DNA of 64,000 nt, from IMG/VR virus record IMGVR_UViG_2913820460_000006, positions 1 to 64,000 of that record, one strand, 5' to 3'. The notes beneath the pieces are model-generated. The model saw only the letters and a list, made by a program, of their open reading frames with translations. It did no database searches and was not told the origin of the DNA. This DNA comes from a virus. Lineage: Duplodnaviria > Caudoviricetes. The position numbers were made by a program, and so were the translations under genes. This document shows, one piece after another, positions 19,701 through 24,516 of the stretch (within the stretch, counting starts at the first letter, position 1; each line of letters starts with the position of its first letter).

Positions 19701-21352
19701 GAAACCCGGACTTCATCGTGTCGAACTTTATGCGAGATATGTTATACACCAATACCATGACCTGGATAAGGGAAAGCCCGAACTACGCACTGCGTTTTCA
19801 TCGCAATTATATGTATGCCAACCCTGTAAGAATAAAGCAACTCTTGGCAAAACACCGCAAAGGGACACTTGACATGGGCAACAAGACGGAAGCGATGTTT
19901 CATCAGTTCATGATGAACGGAGGAGAAACAGGCTACGCCAATATCCGTGACATTGAACAGCATAAAAACGACATACGCAGGGAACTGAAAAAATCGAGCG
20001 GCAAGATTCCTGTAAAAAAAGCATGGGACTTGTTGGGCGAACGTTTCGATGAGTACAACCGAGCCGTTGAGAACTGCGCCCGTTTTGCCGCTTTCATGAC
20101 ATCACGTGAAATGGGCAGGAGCATTGACAGGTCCATTTATGATGCAAAGGAAATAAGCGTGAACTTCAACAAGAAAGGCAGCGGAGCAAAATTCTATGAC
20201 AGTACAGGGCAGACAAAGGCAGGTAACGCCAGTGCATTGGTATCTGGGCTTGGTCGTAGCGGTTATGTATTTTGGAATGCCGCCATTCAAGGTACGACAA
20301 ACTTTGGGCGACAGGTGAAACGCCATCCAGCCAAATCCTTTACAGGCATTGCGGCGATGTTCCTTCTTGGTGCCATTGTTGCCTACTTGGGTGGCGATGA
20401 TGATGACGATGATGACAAGAACGCATACTACAATCTTCCCGAATATGTAAGGCGCAGCAATATTCTTTTCCGTGCAGGAAACAGTTGGGTATCCATTCCT
20501 CTTCCGGTAGAATACAGGGCAGTTTACGGCATGGGCGAACTGATGATTTCCATCCTTAATGGGAAGGAACATCTAACAGGTGGCGAAATAGCCGAATCCA
20601 TAACAGGACAGGTTACACAAATATTGCCGATTGACCTCTTGGAGGGCGGAGGCGGACTGAACGCTTTTGTGCCGAGTGCCTATAAACCCCTGTGGGAAGC
20701 CTACGTTGCGGAAAAGAGCTGGACGGGTATGCCTTTGTACAAGGACACCCCTTGGAATAAGGATATGCCCGAATGGACAAAAGCATACAAGAGTGCCAAC
20801 AAATACATTGTCGGGCTTGCAAATGTCATGAACGAAGCTACTGGCGGTGATTCTTACACAAAAGGTGCTATCGACTTCAATCCTGCCAAGATTGAATATA
20901 TGCTGAACGGTTATTTCGGTGGCGTGTTCGGAACAATCGACAAGTTGAGCAAGACAGTAGAAACCGTTACAGGCAACCGTGAGTATGACCCTCGTAGCTT
21001 CTTGTTGGCAAACAGACTGGTCAAAGCCGGGGACGAACGCACCGAGTACAGGGCTGTGAACAATGAGTATTTCCGATTGAAAGAGGAGCATGACCGATTG
21101 AAATCCCGATTAAAGCACTATGAGGAAGATACCGACAACGACATATTTGACTATGCGGAAAAGATTGATTTCCTTTACAATTCACCCGAATACGAGCGGT
21201 ATGAAATTTTTGAGGATTATCGTAGGGATATTGACGACCTCTATAATGAACTGAATGACACAGTTGATGATGAGGAACGTAAGAATATTGAGGCTGAATT
21301 GAATGAACTCAAAAAGGAAATGATAGAAGAAATGAACAAAACCCGTAAATAG
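4712..21352 (+). CDS. Large polyvalent protein (DarB-like): ddrB/ParB-like, inorganic pyrophosphatase-like, N6-adenine MTase, SNF2 helicase, metallopeptidase-like, LPD38-like C-terminus
   Basis: 5546 aa; motifs GEAIQGNNRSDAL, EAGNYKKGH...DGDHIDVFL, YYTP / EGSAGIGN / TNVPF, HEVGTGKT / LVDEAHEYK / ATGTPISN / QRNGRILRQG, LLHEAVAHYGLR. Confidence 0.9.
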   Translation: MPEEKDKIKKLYDTFVSDGYDMESEEDFRKNLLDSTKRKAAYDALVKDGYDMEPFEEFESNIGFGKERTSSQQSGNSASGTVEEPISPANEQTWQPTEKEKVAMLTETDRIMNDVKSHTQTFNERIDNMQEYGINPGLQTKEGKMIFNPESGKLEKTFLTPAGNRYYSKSLADMESFQYRQAADMSIGGQLRKANLRLQELKAKQEERASEVHKEWAEETENNKAPLAAILGAATYTPRQQSDKENRALSVAIRETEELIKNLEEQKDRENGVDVGFWRGFGRTMGDVRTWDFGMGDMRDAFTMMNADELKKENATEGEREAHDAMMGAIHEKQQAEERYSGNADFWNRAGVMTGYMPSFMLDFVLTGGGFNGLSSFSKGSTRLATKVISKETAEKMAQQGFKSYIKENGAKGLGRYATDWTIKALGTTADDLLVRAPLMANTVQAGKTTADIIDRKLGDVVVDENGNYDFSNDKTWGDAIWQSEANAIIENYSEMFGAHLDPVFTLGNMSKLAKVVGAKRIGTVLSKADASALNGIMGQTHQMFNKMGMSDYVGEVSEEYYGQLWRTMLNLDDAYQQNPDGTRTNLFASGQFHGDIWGGMALSMGLMGAGKHTLSAANYTSMKHGVNKADAKVNELLGKEVWEPLKETLDLTTNENIGEVAELIAGDKDFTINEKAAVLDYMERSLNLRGFNLASMAQSRGGNRNESVQQANDSYLDGYNIISSQEMNDAKNMYEYQRARVADLVDESMFAMIEENPIAALEFVNGNEQWNDEDKVSVIDYINAKQVYNGMIQRVRDDIDGRIEQSNSMIDARVNRNTGMIQGATMKQDERKVYVISGKLVPYDDGSGVSVTDSDNSIIIRDSETGALEQVSPDAVLSLDESQDPNEQKELAEQAIVEQFAREAADKIDGKVTFNPGDAYTITGQDGSQMQVQIIANEDGIVDNGDGTVNVSDGVNIFPLAKETIQQQADAANLARVAQFEQQRTIENAERKQEMQEAERPQYALNDIVSLTDENGVTVRGNITADADADGKYEVFTEAPINGKRVNLFTRDELDNMLLEHNGVAFERPVENESNNGAENIPENDNNAPQNIPAMQRIPKDEQGNPLYEQADSDTAWDAIVEQTEGDEDMAQTVVDGMVADKEEALKKLEKAKSKGGNSIAEKIASEKERKAAIDAAKQELLVWQKIAGTAKRRKMEADDERRRIADEAAALRKAEEEKLRAEREEAERIEREALNGVPDMVDDKPQDARARGYRRMNGHKIDRQEPVQALQGKEVSVKFSDDAIVGGRVAVIDVNLLQPSHIQGVRNPLHFIDEAQPKERNDEASVLSARKIAGNIRPEEITSSVTAYTGAPTVNARGEAIQGNNRSDALRIMWENHPEQAALYKQYLKDHAEEFGLQAEDIEAMEHPVLVNMVDVDDAEAIRLGQYVAQDTESGGVERIKPKNALQRMGAEMRSFANLLLRTSDDEMSFAGLVDSNGANVLKWMSQRGFITPTQYKSAFDSKGNLTPESKNDLRGIMYQSIFKDGSTRLEEMFNVLPVKAQKAILATAFRDYDSPNSERMVDEIQNSVRAYYALSQDKMFAEAKNFKEARTAVESWKRQYQMDDVTGESYLPADNFSNFVLHLAAMYKGESQSFIQNTFGKIYDLIQGTQEETLFEQPDNTPRTLVQAIKETFNLDYNGQQRSNVLVGDTATSQRGQQGSNGTLAPRERVENRNGTTDDTGRTESIGGQSEIESSLSQEEMLFSDDTDNQLSAKIARRIEVQEDDWIESGKYGDTYKQTIIVDGTHKVIKVDAPDTKGNYIGSAYEYDGQTFGDLLDVLNYIDASLSLANAVAVAEKETDTTPTEKQKEAGNYKKGHVQVGTFNITIENPKGSVRSGIDTEGNKWETIMQNTYGYIRGTEGVDGDHIDVFLSDDIDGWNGRRVFVVDQYNEDGSFDEHKVMLGFNETDDAEAAYFANYDSDWANNHKTVVTAVNLEDFKKWIDSSHRKTKAFAEYKSVKSVEEQSSSTQVDRLSEIKSRIEELHKEQEAAHGQSDIFEEARIISEINDLFTEQRKLEQNNSNEETTTPTDAAYTITQAQYTTKRGKVLDMHLVKFNNKLRDTVRKHTTMFAKQLKGWWDKEKQGFMMRSKEDAERLAEYATDAQSQPPLSLSDLSEVNDGNVQFSEPQQQKATKQEEKQEYTPIWQYSVFVDKETGETTLSRDDVSGPIPIGDARFRQTTNSPEEMLDILRNPQNGMQEVLDAVGISLENKIKTRELDRKAKDEIRDKRTDFVVDKEMDNRYSVRTLMKMIDAEKQAVMDLGEKRGGDVYHEGNIIFLTKDSADKFANEVRTLINDMRSEQQQDNSQKKTEASGNRLVTDERYAELRERMRKKLLGQMNIGIDPEILAIGTEMAVYHLEKGSRKFAEYATAMIADLGDAIRPYLKAFYNGARDLPEVAENGLDADMTPYDEVQQFDVANFDKKSIDALATAETVTRETEVEQEAEIAQERIKKSRPARKKNEKKAVNSQQSNELGLFDDLIDNNKNNEHGLQRTDAERSEGLSANGNRHGQGLSRGTETGSESEQQAGRGTDNEGERTSDAVNRIVRPRLSDAITEKKNTHNNHSERGKDHAPTSVDARIEANIKAIELAKQLLESGERATEKQMQTLRKFSGWGGLGKAFNEGTSYAPNPIAKKLRELLGEKAYQEAVMSANSAYYTPAYVVDTLWDIAEQMGFNGGNILEGSAGIGNILGQMPTNISERSDIHAIEIDGTSGGILSLLYPDAKVEIQGFEQTRIPNGSVDLAITNVPFVTGLRVNDTTGDKDLSKKFHNIHDFCIAKNVRKLREGGLGIFITSNGTLDNSKKLRDWIVNEGGADFVGAFRMHNKTFGGAGVTSDIVVIRKRVNGQKSVHAIDVSDVSGERMAEYDTGETRKVKGKETPVIKQLSMDYNRYFIEHPENMAGEMHFAFEKGDTFRPTSKGLYPKQDKKQEEMLAEFVRSFRAEEFGERNTEVITDVMPGKKIGEVFVKDGKLYINSTASAQPLEVNANKVKGHTKVECFEAYTAIKKALAEVLSYQTENESDEGLKPLLDKLNKAYDDFVSTYGHFNKNTAIAFLRNDVDYANVFALEKFEETADEKGNRIQKFEKTDVFSKRVVEKDKEPTPANVKDGIIASIFKFGRVDIPYIAEQLGTGIEDVKKEIIESGYGFEDPVSRQMEASYQYLSGNIREKLRQAEENNENGEFDRNIKALQEVMPMEIPAHLIDFTLGSSWIDPKLYEDFVKERTEVNVRFTAVGGTWFMKEPYFTNYEKNRAMGVTSEMLGRTIMGHTLIEAAIQNRSITVSTTKKHYDGTTETITDKEATQACAAKIDEIRQDFKDWARQKMQSDPEMSERMERIYNDMFNNFVPMSIPDEFVPEYFGGASHKFKMRPHQGRAIVRGTQQPLLLAHEVGTGKTFTLISTAMEMRRLGTARKPMIVIQNATVGQFVASAKELYPNAKILTLEEADRSADGRKNFYAKIRYNDWDMIVVPQSTFEFIPDSEEREMAFVQDKIEEKMLILEQMKEEDPDGKNMITRQAEREIELLEEQLAGLADNASKKRTANDEKKRAVALQNAEVKAMEMLDRRTDDVENFDDMGIDALLVDEAHEYKHLGFATAMQRGVKGVDPSYSKKSQGVFLKTQAVLEKNNGRNVIFATGTPISNTAAEIWTFMRYLMPADTMKEYGIYYFDDFVRNFGNIQQMLEFTTSGKFKENNRFAGYVNLPELVRIWSGVSDTVLTKEAGGVKDKIPEMEGGKAQDLYLPQTRALRSIMKFVKSELEHYEQMSGKEKKENSHIPLTMYGIAKAAAVDARLVQSDAEDDQNSKTNEAVRQTLRSLKETADYKGTVAIFADNYQNKQSGFNLYDDIRNKLIAEGVPADEIVVMRSGMTVKKKLEIFEKVNRGEVRVILGSTFTLGTGVNIQERLHTLIHLDAPNRPMDYTQRNGRILRQGNLHKDMNKPVRILRFGVEDSLDVTAYQRLKTKGAIADSIMNGKQMMNNSMTNRVLEEEEDVFGDTVAQLSGSEYAMLKNNAEKNVRKYASRKKQWETDQTYIHNAKPRLKAFIKDAEKRIEDNGRCLEAVRSSFPDGQFKEIVTGKHRFTSVDTMDDFFKEHNKSVLAEMKQMKDGEISGEQKRELIIQIGDFSFVVTTKLTRKTMSDGATLFNDVERRMTYSCLELGIEDVPVRQNLLRNAVEDITDNVITGKDFAERLSAGERSKKHNEAELKELLSREGKPFEYEEELAQAKAQLEEYAELMKKELEEKEAKYAEMDASVETANNISASEEDDELKREGGGAYTDDEVSYENDPVAKLLGQSRRTAKQRREFAQRERQRMAERVEILAEKLHLDNVEIVTDASVLDGKKQRAKGFYSKSTGKITIVIPNHTSAFDVEQTLLHEAVAHYGLRQLFGEHFDTFLDNVFNNADENIRKRIVDMAAKNGWNFRKATEEYLASLAEQTEFENINASWWRQIKDFFLNMLHKIGFDDFRGVTLTDNELRYILWRSYENLAEPGRYRSILGEAADVAKQYELGVGNYSDTNRNPNFAADSNDELYRDGSPEMHERELARDRYERRVKTGMFQSQEALQDSMLGLKEAMQAILGQGTNIEDVDGFENAYLGENRLSSVNKAEADAFAHTLFKPMLDEVAKLARTEAEREELTDYMMAKHGLERNTYMRNEAINNGATNADQTDYAGLTALTGMDNVTDAETEAQIMVNDYEQAHDTADLWKKVNAVSKAILSKSYECGMMSKATFDKISDMYDFYIPLRGFDEKTSTEAYAYLTHKQSAFNAPIKKAEGRRSKADDPFANLQSMAEGAIMQGNRNKLVKQRFLNFALNHPSDLVSVSDIWVEYDTVTNEWKPVFPDNIDSTDTPEEVERKMLDFETKMKSLAQQYPDRYKHGKDTVNIPYRIVESRDMRQHQIIVKRGGRDYVITINGNPRAAQALNGQTNPDNDMSGAIGAILRAGENINRQLSAFYTTRNPDFIVSNFMRDMLYTNTMTWIRESPNYALRFHRNYMYANPVRIKQLLAKHRKGTLDMGNKTEAMFHQFMMNGGETGYANIRDIEQHKNDIRRELKKSSGKIPVKKAWDLLGERFDEYNRAVENCARFAAFMTSREMGRSIDRSIYDAKEISVNFNKKGSGAKFYDSTGQTKAGNASALVSGLGRSGYVFWNAAIQGTTNFGRQVKRHPAKSFTGIAAMFLLGAIVAYLGGDDDDDDDKNAYYNLPEYVRRSNILFRAGNSWVSIPLPVEYRAVYGMGELMISILNGKEHLTGGEIAESITGQVTQILPIDLLEGGGGLNAFVPSAYKPLWEAYVAEKSWTGMPLYKDTPWNKDMPEWTKAYKSANKYIVGLANVMNEATGGDSYTKGAIDFNPAKIEYMLNGYFGGVFGTIDKLSKTVETVTGNREYDPRSFLLANRLVKAGDERTEYRAVNNEYFRLKEEHDRLKSRLKHYEEDTDNDIFDYAEKIDFLYNSPEYERYEIFEDYRRDIDDLYNELNDTVDDEERKNIEAELNELKKEMIEEMNKTRK
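9753..9917 (+). CDS. Candidate nested 54-aa helical protein in the +1 frame of the giant gene
   Basis: MDNNEAMYWLAILQQANEGSKEAMELLRQENELRTEMGQLMIQEELKALVDKAK*; A at -3, -6, -12, -13 of the ATG; host frame is a low-complexity linker here. Confidence 0.55.
   Translation: MDNNEAMYWLAILQQANEGSKEAMELLRQENELRTEMGQLMIQEELKALVDKAK
12306..12503 (+). CDS. Candidate nested 65-aa protein in the +1 frame of the giant gene
   Basis: MDYRELMQNAPKDCQPTVIDTDKDYQEALKQVAKANNKQVEELTTKEKEQAMQSIGLCDLDFQMP*; upstream ACAATAAAAACAACGAAC with A at -3, -6, -12, -13. Confidence 0.55.
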   Translation: MDYRELMQNAPKDCQPTVIDTDKDYQEALKQVAKANNKQVEELTTKEKEQAMQSIGLCDLDFQMP

Positions 21353-21388
21353 TTAAACATAGGATGATTGCCCGGAGCAGTATATTTG
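21345..21388 (+). promoter_or_regulatory. Putative late promoter, motif copy 3 (portal operon)
   Basis: GTAAATAGTTAA-N24-TATATTTG, 29 bp upstream of the portal ATG. Confidence 0.65.
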
Positions 21389-21417
21389 TTCCGCGCAATC
21401 ATTAAAATGATAAAAAT

Positions 21418-23388
21418 ATGCATATAAATAAAAGCGAAAGAAAATTGCTGCCAATGAGCCGTATAGCTCCGGGAAGAAATGATGCCGCCGAGATAGATAC
21501 TGTTGTTTCTGCAAAACGTTATGGTGACCGCAGGGCATTTGACATTCTTATGGAAGCACAATACTATTGGAGCCAGATGGACGACTTTCGGAAAGACCGG
21601 GAGCGAAACAAACGCTATACCTATGGTTTCCAATGGGACGATATGATTTGTGTGGACGGAAAATCCATGAGCGAGGAAGAATACATTAAAAGTCAAGGCA
21701 ACGTGCCTTTGAAAAACAACCTTATCCGTAGGCTTGTGCGAAGCGTGCTTGGCGTGTATCGAAGCCAAAGTAAAGAACCGACCTGTACCGCACGTGATCG
21801 GGATGAACAGAAACTTGGTGAAACGATGAGTACGATACTTCAATGCAACATGCAGCTTAACCGAATGAACGATGTATATGCCCGAACTATGGAAGAGTTC
21901 CTGATAAGCGGTTTTATCGTTCACCGTAAATCGTACGGTTGGCGTAATGGAAAAGAGGATTGTTGGACGGACTATGTGCAACCCAATAATTTCTTTATCG
22001 ACAACAACATGAGAGATTTCAGAGGTTGGGATGTTTCCGTGCTTGGAGAAGTTCACGACATTTCTTTCGGACAGTTGTGTGAACAGTTCGCATCAAGTCC
22101 GCAGGAATACAGACAATTGCGTGACATTTACAAGTGGGCGGCAAGGAAAGATTACATAGCCACATACGCGGAGCGTTTCGGGTATAGCCGCTTGGAAAAC
22201 TACGATTTTCTATTCACAAGCGAACCAGGACGATGCCGTGTGATAGAGATATGGCGCAAGGAGCAAAAACCGAGATACCGTTGCCATGACTACCAAAACG
22301 GCGATATTTTCAAAATAGACGAAGAAGATTACGCACAAGTGGTGCTTACTGAAAATGAAGAACGTATGCGTATGGCCAAGGAAGCCGGTATGCCGGAAGA
22401 TGAGGTTCCGTTGATAAAAGCTACTTGGTTTGTGGACGATTATTGGTATTTCTATTACCTTTCTCCTTTTGGCGACATATTGAGGGAGGGGGAAACGCCT
22501 TACGAGCATGGAAGCCATCCATATGTTTTCAAGGCATATCCGTTCATTGATGGTGAAATCCATTCATTCGTTGCTGATGTAATCGACCAACAGCGATATA
22601 CCAACCGATTGATAACCCTCTATGACTGGATAATGCGGGCGAGTGCCAAAGGCGTGCTGATGATGCCCGAAGATTGCTTGCCTGATGGTATGAGCATTGA
22701 CGATATTGCAGAGAGCTGGACAGAATTTAACGGTGTCATCGTATACAAGCCGAGCAAAAGCGGAAAAGTGCCGGAACAGGTGGCCAATAATTCCACAAAT
22801 ATAGGCATTGCGGAACTGCTTAATATGCAACTCAAATTTTTTGAAGATATATCGGGAGTTACGGGCGCATTACAAGGAAAGCCCGGGTATTCCGGTGAAA
22901 GTGCATCGCACTATAACCAACAGACAGAAAACGCCACGAAGTCATTGCTCGACCTGCTTGAATGCTTCAGTTGTTTTGTAGTGGACGGAGCATATAAGGA
23001 TGTGAAGAATATGCAGCAGTTTTATGATAGCAAACGTGTTTTCAATATTGCAGGTAAGAGTGGTGCACAAATCGAATATGACCCGAAGAAAATACGTGAT
23101 GTAGAATTTGATTTAAGCATTACCGAAAGCACTTCAACACCGGCATACAGGCATCTTGCTAACGATATGCTTATGCAGTTGTACCAGTCTCAGGCAATCA
23201 GTGTAGAGCAGCTGCTTGAGCATGGAGATTTCCCGTTTGCAGATGAATTGTTGCAAAGTATCAAATCACAGAAGGAACAGTTGGAGCAGGGCAAAGTGCC
23301 CGACGGTCTTTCTCCCGAACTGATGGCGCAAGCGCAGCAAGGAGCGAATATGCAGGCCGTGAACAAACTGAACAATGCAATGAGGTAA
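21418..23388 (+). CDS. Portal protein (P22-like)
   Basis: 656 aa; Y..G.QW near the N-terminus, LKNNLIRRLV, ISGVTGALQG, DLSITES; size and position fit podovirus portals. Confidence 0.8.
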   Translation: MHINKSERKLLPMSRIAPGRNDAAEIDTVVSAKRYGDRRAFDILMEAQYYWSQMDDFRKDRERNKRYTYGFQWDDMICVDGKSMSEEEYIKSQGNVPLKNNLIRRLVRSVLGVYRSQSKEPTCTARDRDEQKLGETMSTILQCNMQLNRMNDVYARTMEEFLISGFIVHRKSYGWRNGKEDCWTDYVQPNNFFIDNNMRDFRGWDVSVLGEVHDISFGQLCEQFASSPQEYRQLRDIYKWAARKDYIATYAERFGYSRLENYDFLFTSEPGRCRVIEIWRKEQKPRYRCHDYQNGDIFKIDEEDYAQVVLTENEERMRMAKEAGMPEDEVPLIKATWFVDDYWYFYYLSPFGDILREGETPYEHGSHPYVFKAYPFIDGEIHSFVADVIDQQRYTNRLITLYDWIMRASAKGVLMMPEDCLPDGMSIDDIAESWTEFNGVIVYKPSKSGKVPEQVANNSTNIGIAELLNMQLKFFEDISGVTGALQGKPGYSGESASHYNQQTENATKSLLDLLECFSCFVVDGAYKDVKNMQQFYDSKRVFNIAGKSGAQIEYDPKKIRDVEFDLSITESTSTPAYRHLANDMLMQLYQSQAISVEQLLEHGDFPFADELLQSIKSQKEQLEQGKVPDGLSPELMAQAQQGANMQAVNKLNNAMR

Positions 23389-23409
23389 TAATTTTAATTT
23401 AACGACATC

Positions 23410-23874
23410 ATGGAACAGAAAACTATTTGTATAGACTTTGACGGTGTCATACATGACTACAGCAAAGGTTGGCAGGGTGAAGATGTATTCGGGCAGATAA
23501 TACCGAACGCAGATACAGGTACAGCCACCCTAAAGAAAAACGGGTGGACTATCATCATATTTACGACACGCAAGAAAACTGAAAAATTAGAAAAGTGGTT
23601 GGAAGAAAACAATATTTCATACGACCATATAAACGAGAACCCGAATCAACCTGAACATGCAAGCGGAAAAATCATAGCCGATGTGTACCTTGATGACCGG
23701 GGTATCTGTTTCAGAGGACGGTGGGATTCATGGCTTATGAGAGATATTATAGAGTTTGAGCCTTGGCAGGAACAACAAAAGAGAGAAATAGAGCAACTTG
23801 CGACATATGGCCAAACCGAAGATGATATTTGGTCAAGAGGCAACGAGAAAAGAATCAAACAAGCCCATGTTTAG
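23410..23874 (+). CDS. HAD-superfamily phosphatase/nucleotidase-like protein
   Basis: Motif I ICIDFDGVI, motif II IFTTR, K..ADVYLDDR. Confidence 0.8.
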   Translation: MEQKTICIDFDGVIHDYSKGWQGEDVFGQIIPNADTGTATLKKNGWTIIIFTTRKKTEKLEKWLEENNISYDHINENPNQPEHASGKIIADVYLDDRGICFRGRWDSWLMRDIIEFEPWQEQQKREIEQLATYGQTEDDIWSRGNEKRIKQAHV

Positions 23875-23884
23875 CGGATAAAGT

Positions 23885-23924
23885 ATGAGGGTGTATCAAC
23901 TGAAGATATTTGGCACACCCTCAT
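23885..23924. terminator. Inverted repeat between convergent operons, putative bidirectional terminator
   Basis: ATGAGGGTGT-N20-ACACCCTCAT, perfect 10-bp arms; no long U-tract. Confidence 0.5.
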
Positions 23925-23936
23925 GTCTAATTATTA

Positions 23937-24161
23937 TTATTCTTTGGACAGTTGGAATTTCTCTATCCAGACATCTTCCTCTCCATTGTCGAAATCAACA
24001 ACACAGGCTTCATTCGGAATATCCAATTCCTTGACCGTACCAATGACACCATTATCGTTGCATATTACCCGGTCCCCAACTTTGAACTTATTGATATTGT
24101 CAAGTGCGAGCGGGTCGTTGGTCAGTGTGGCTATACCGTCAATGTTTCCGTACTTTCCCAT
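23937..24161 (-). CDS. Small hypothetical protein, SH3/KOW-like beta barrel
   Basis: FKVGDRVICNDNGVIGTVKELD...VVDFDNG; ATG at 24161 overlaps the end of the upstream gene. Confidence 0.6.
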   Translation of the reverse strand: MGKYGNIDGIATLTNDPLALDNINKFKVGDRVICNDNGVIGTVKELDIPNEACVVDFDNGEEDVWIEKFQLSKE

Positions 24162-24492
24162 TCTCTTTGGTATTTGAAAATGAATCAAGCCATGAGAAAT
24201 ACTGTTTTCGTTTCAATGCAATAACAGCAGAAGGAAGCATAGCTGAACCGTTTCCATAAGTCGTGCAGTAGAAGCATTCGCGTTCAAGGTCGCCCACAAA
24301 CGTATTATGATTGATGTAGCCTTTCTGTTTCAACTTACGGAAATTCTTTCTATCCATAATGATAAGTTGACCTTTTTTCCCACCGGCAGGCATAACGTAG
24401 TAACGTTCTCCAGTTTCTTTGTGTTTTTCGTCTGCCTGTCTGACTGCTTCACGTAAACGAAGCGAAGCTCTGATTTTTCTGAAAATGTTCAT
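24139..24492 (-). CDS. Hypothetical phage protein
   Basis: 117-aa ORF following terL in the same operon. Confidence 0.7.
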   Translation of the reverse strand: MNIFRKIRASLRLREAVRQADEKHKETGERYYVMPAGGKKGQLIIMDRKNFRKLKQKGYINHNTFVGDLERECFYCTTYGNGSAMLPSAVIALKRKQYFSWLDSFSNTKENGKVRKH

Positions 24493-24516
24493 TGTTCCTT
24501 GTTTTTATAGTTAAAC

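Noticed and set aside
4858-21091. Numerous long minus-strand ORFs inside the giant gene (e.g. 13601-14746, 5456-6211, 21241-22056 over the portal)
   Set aside because: Antisense shadows with unnatural composition and no motifs or start context.
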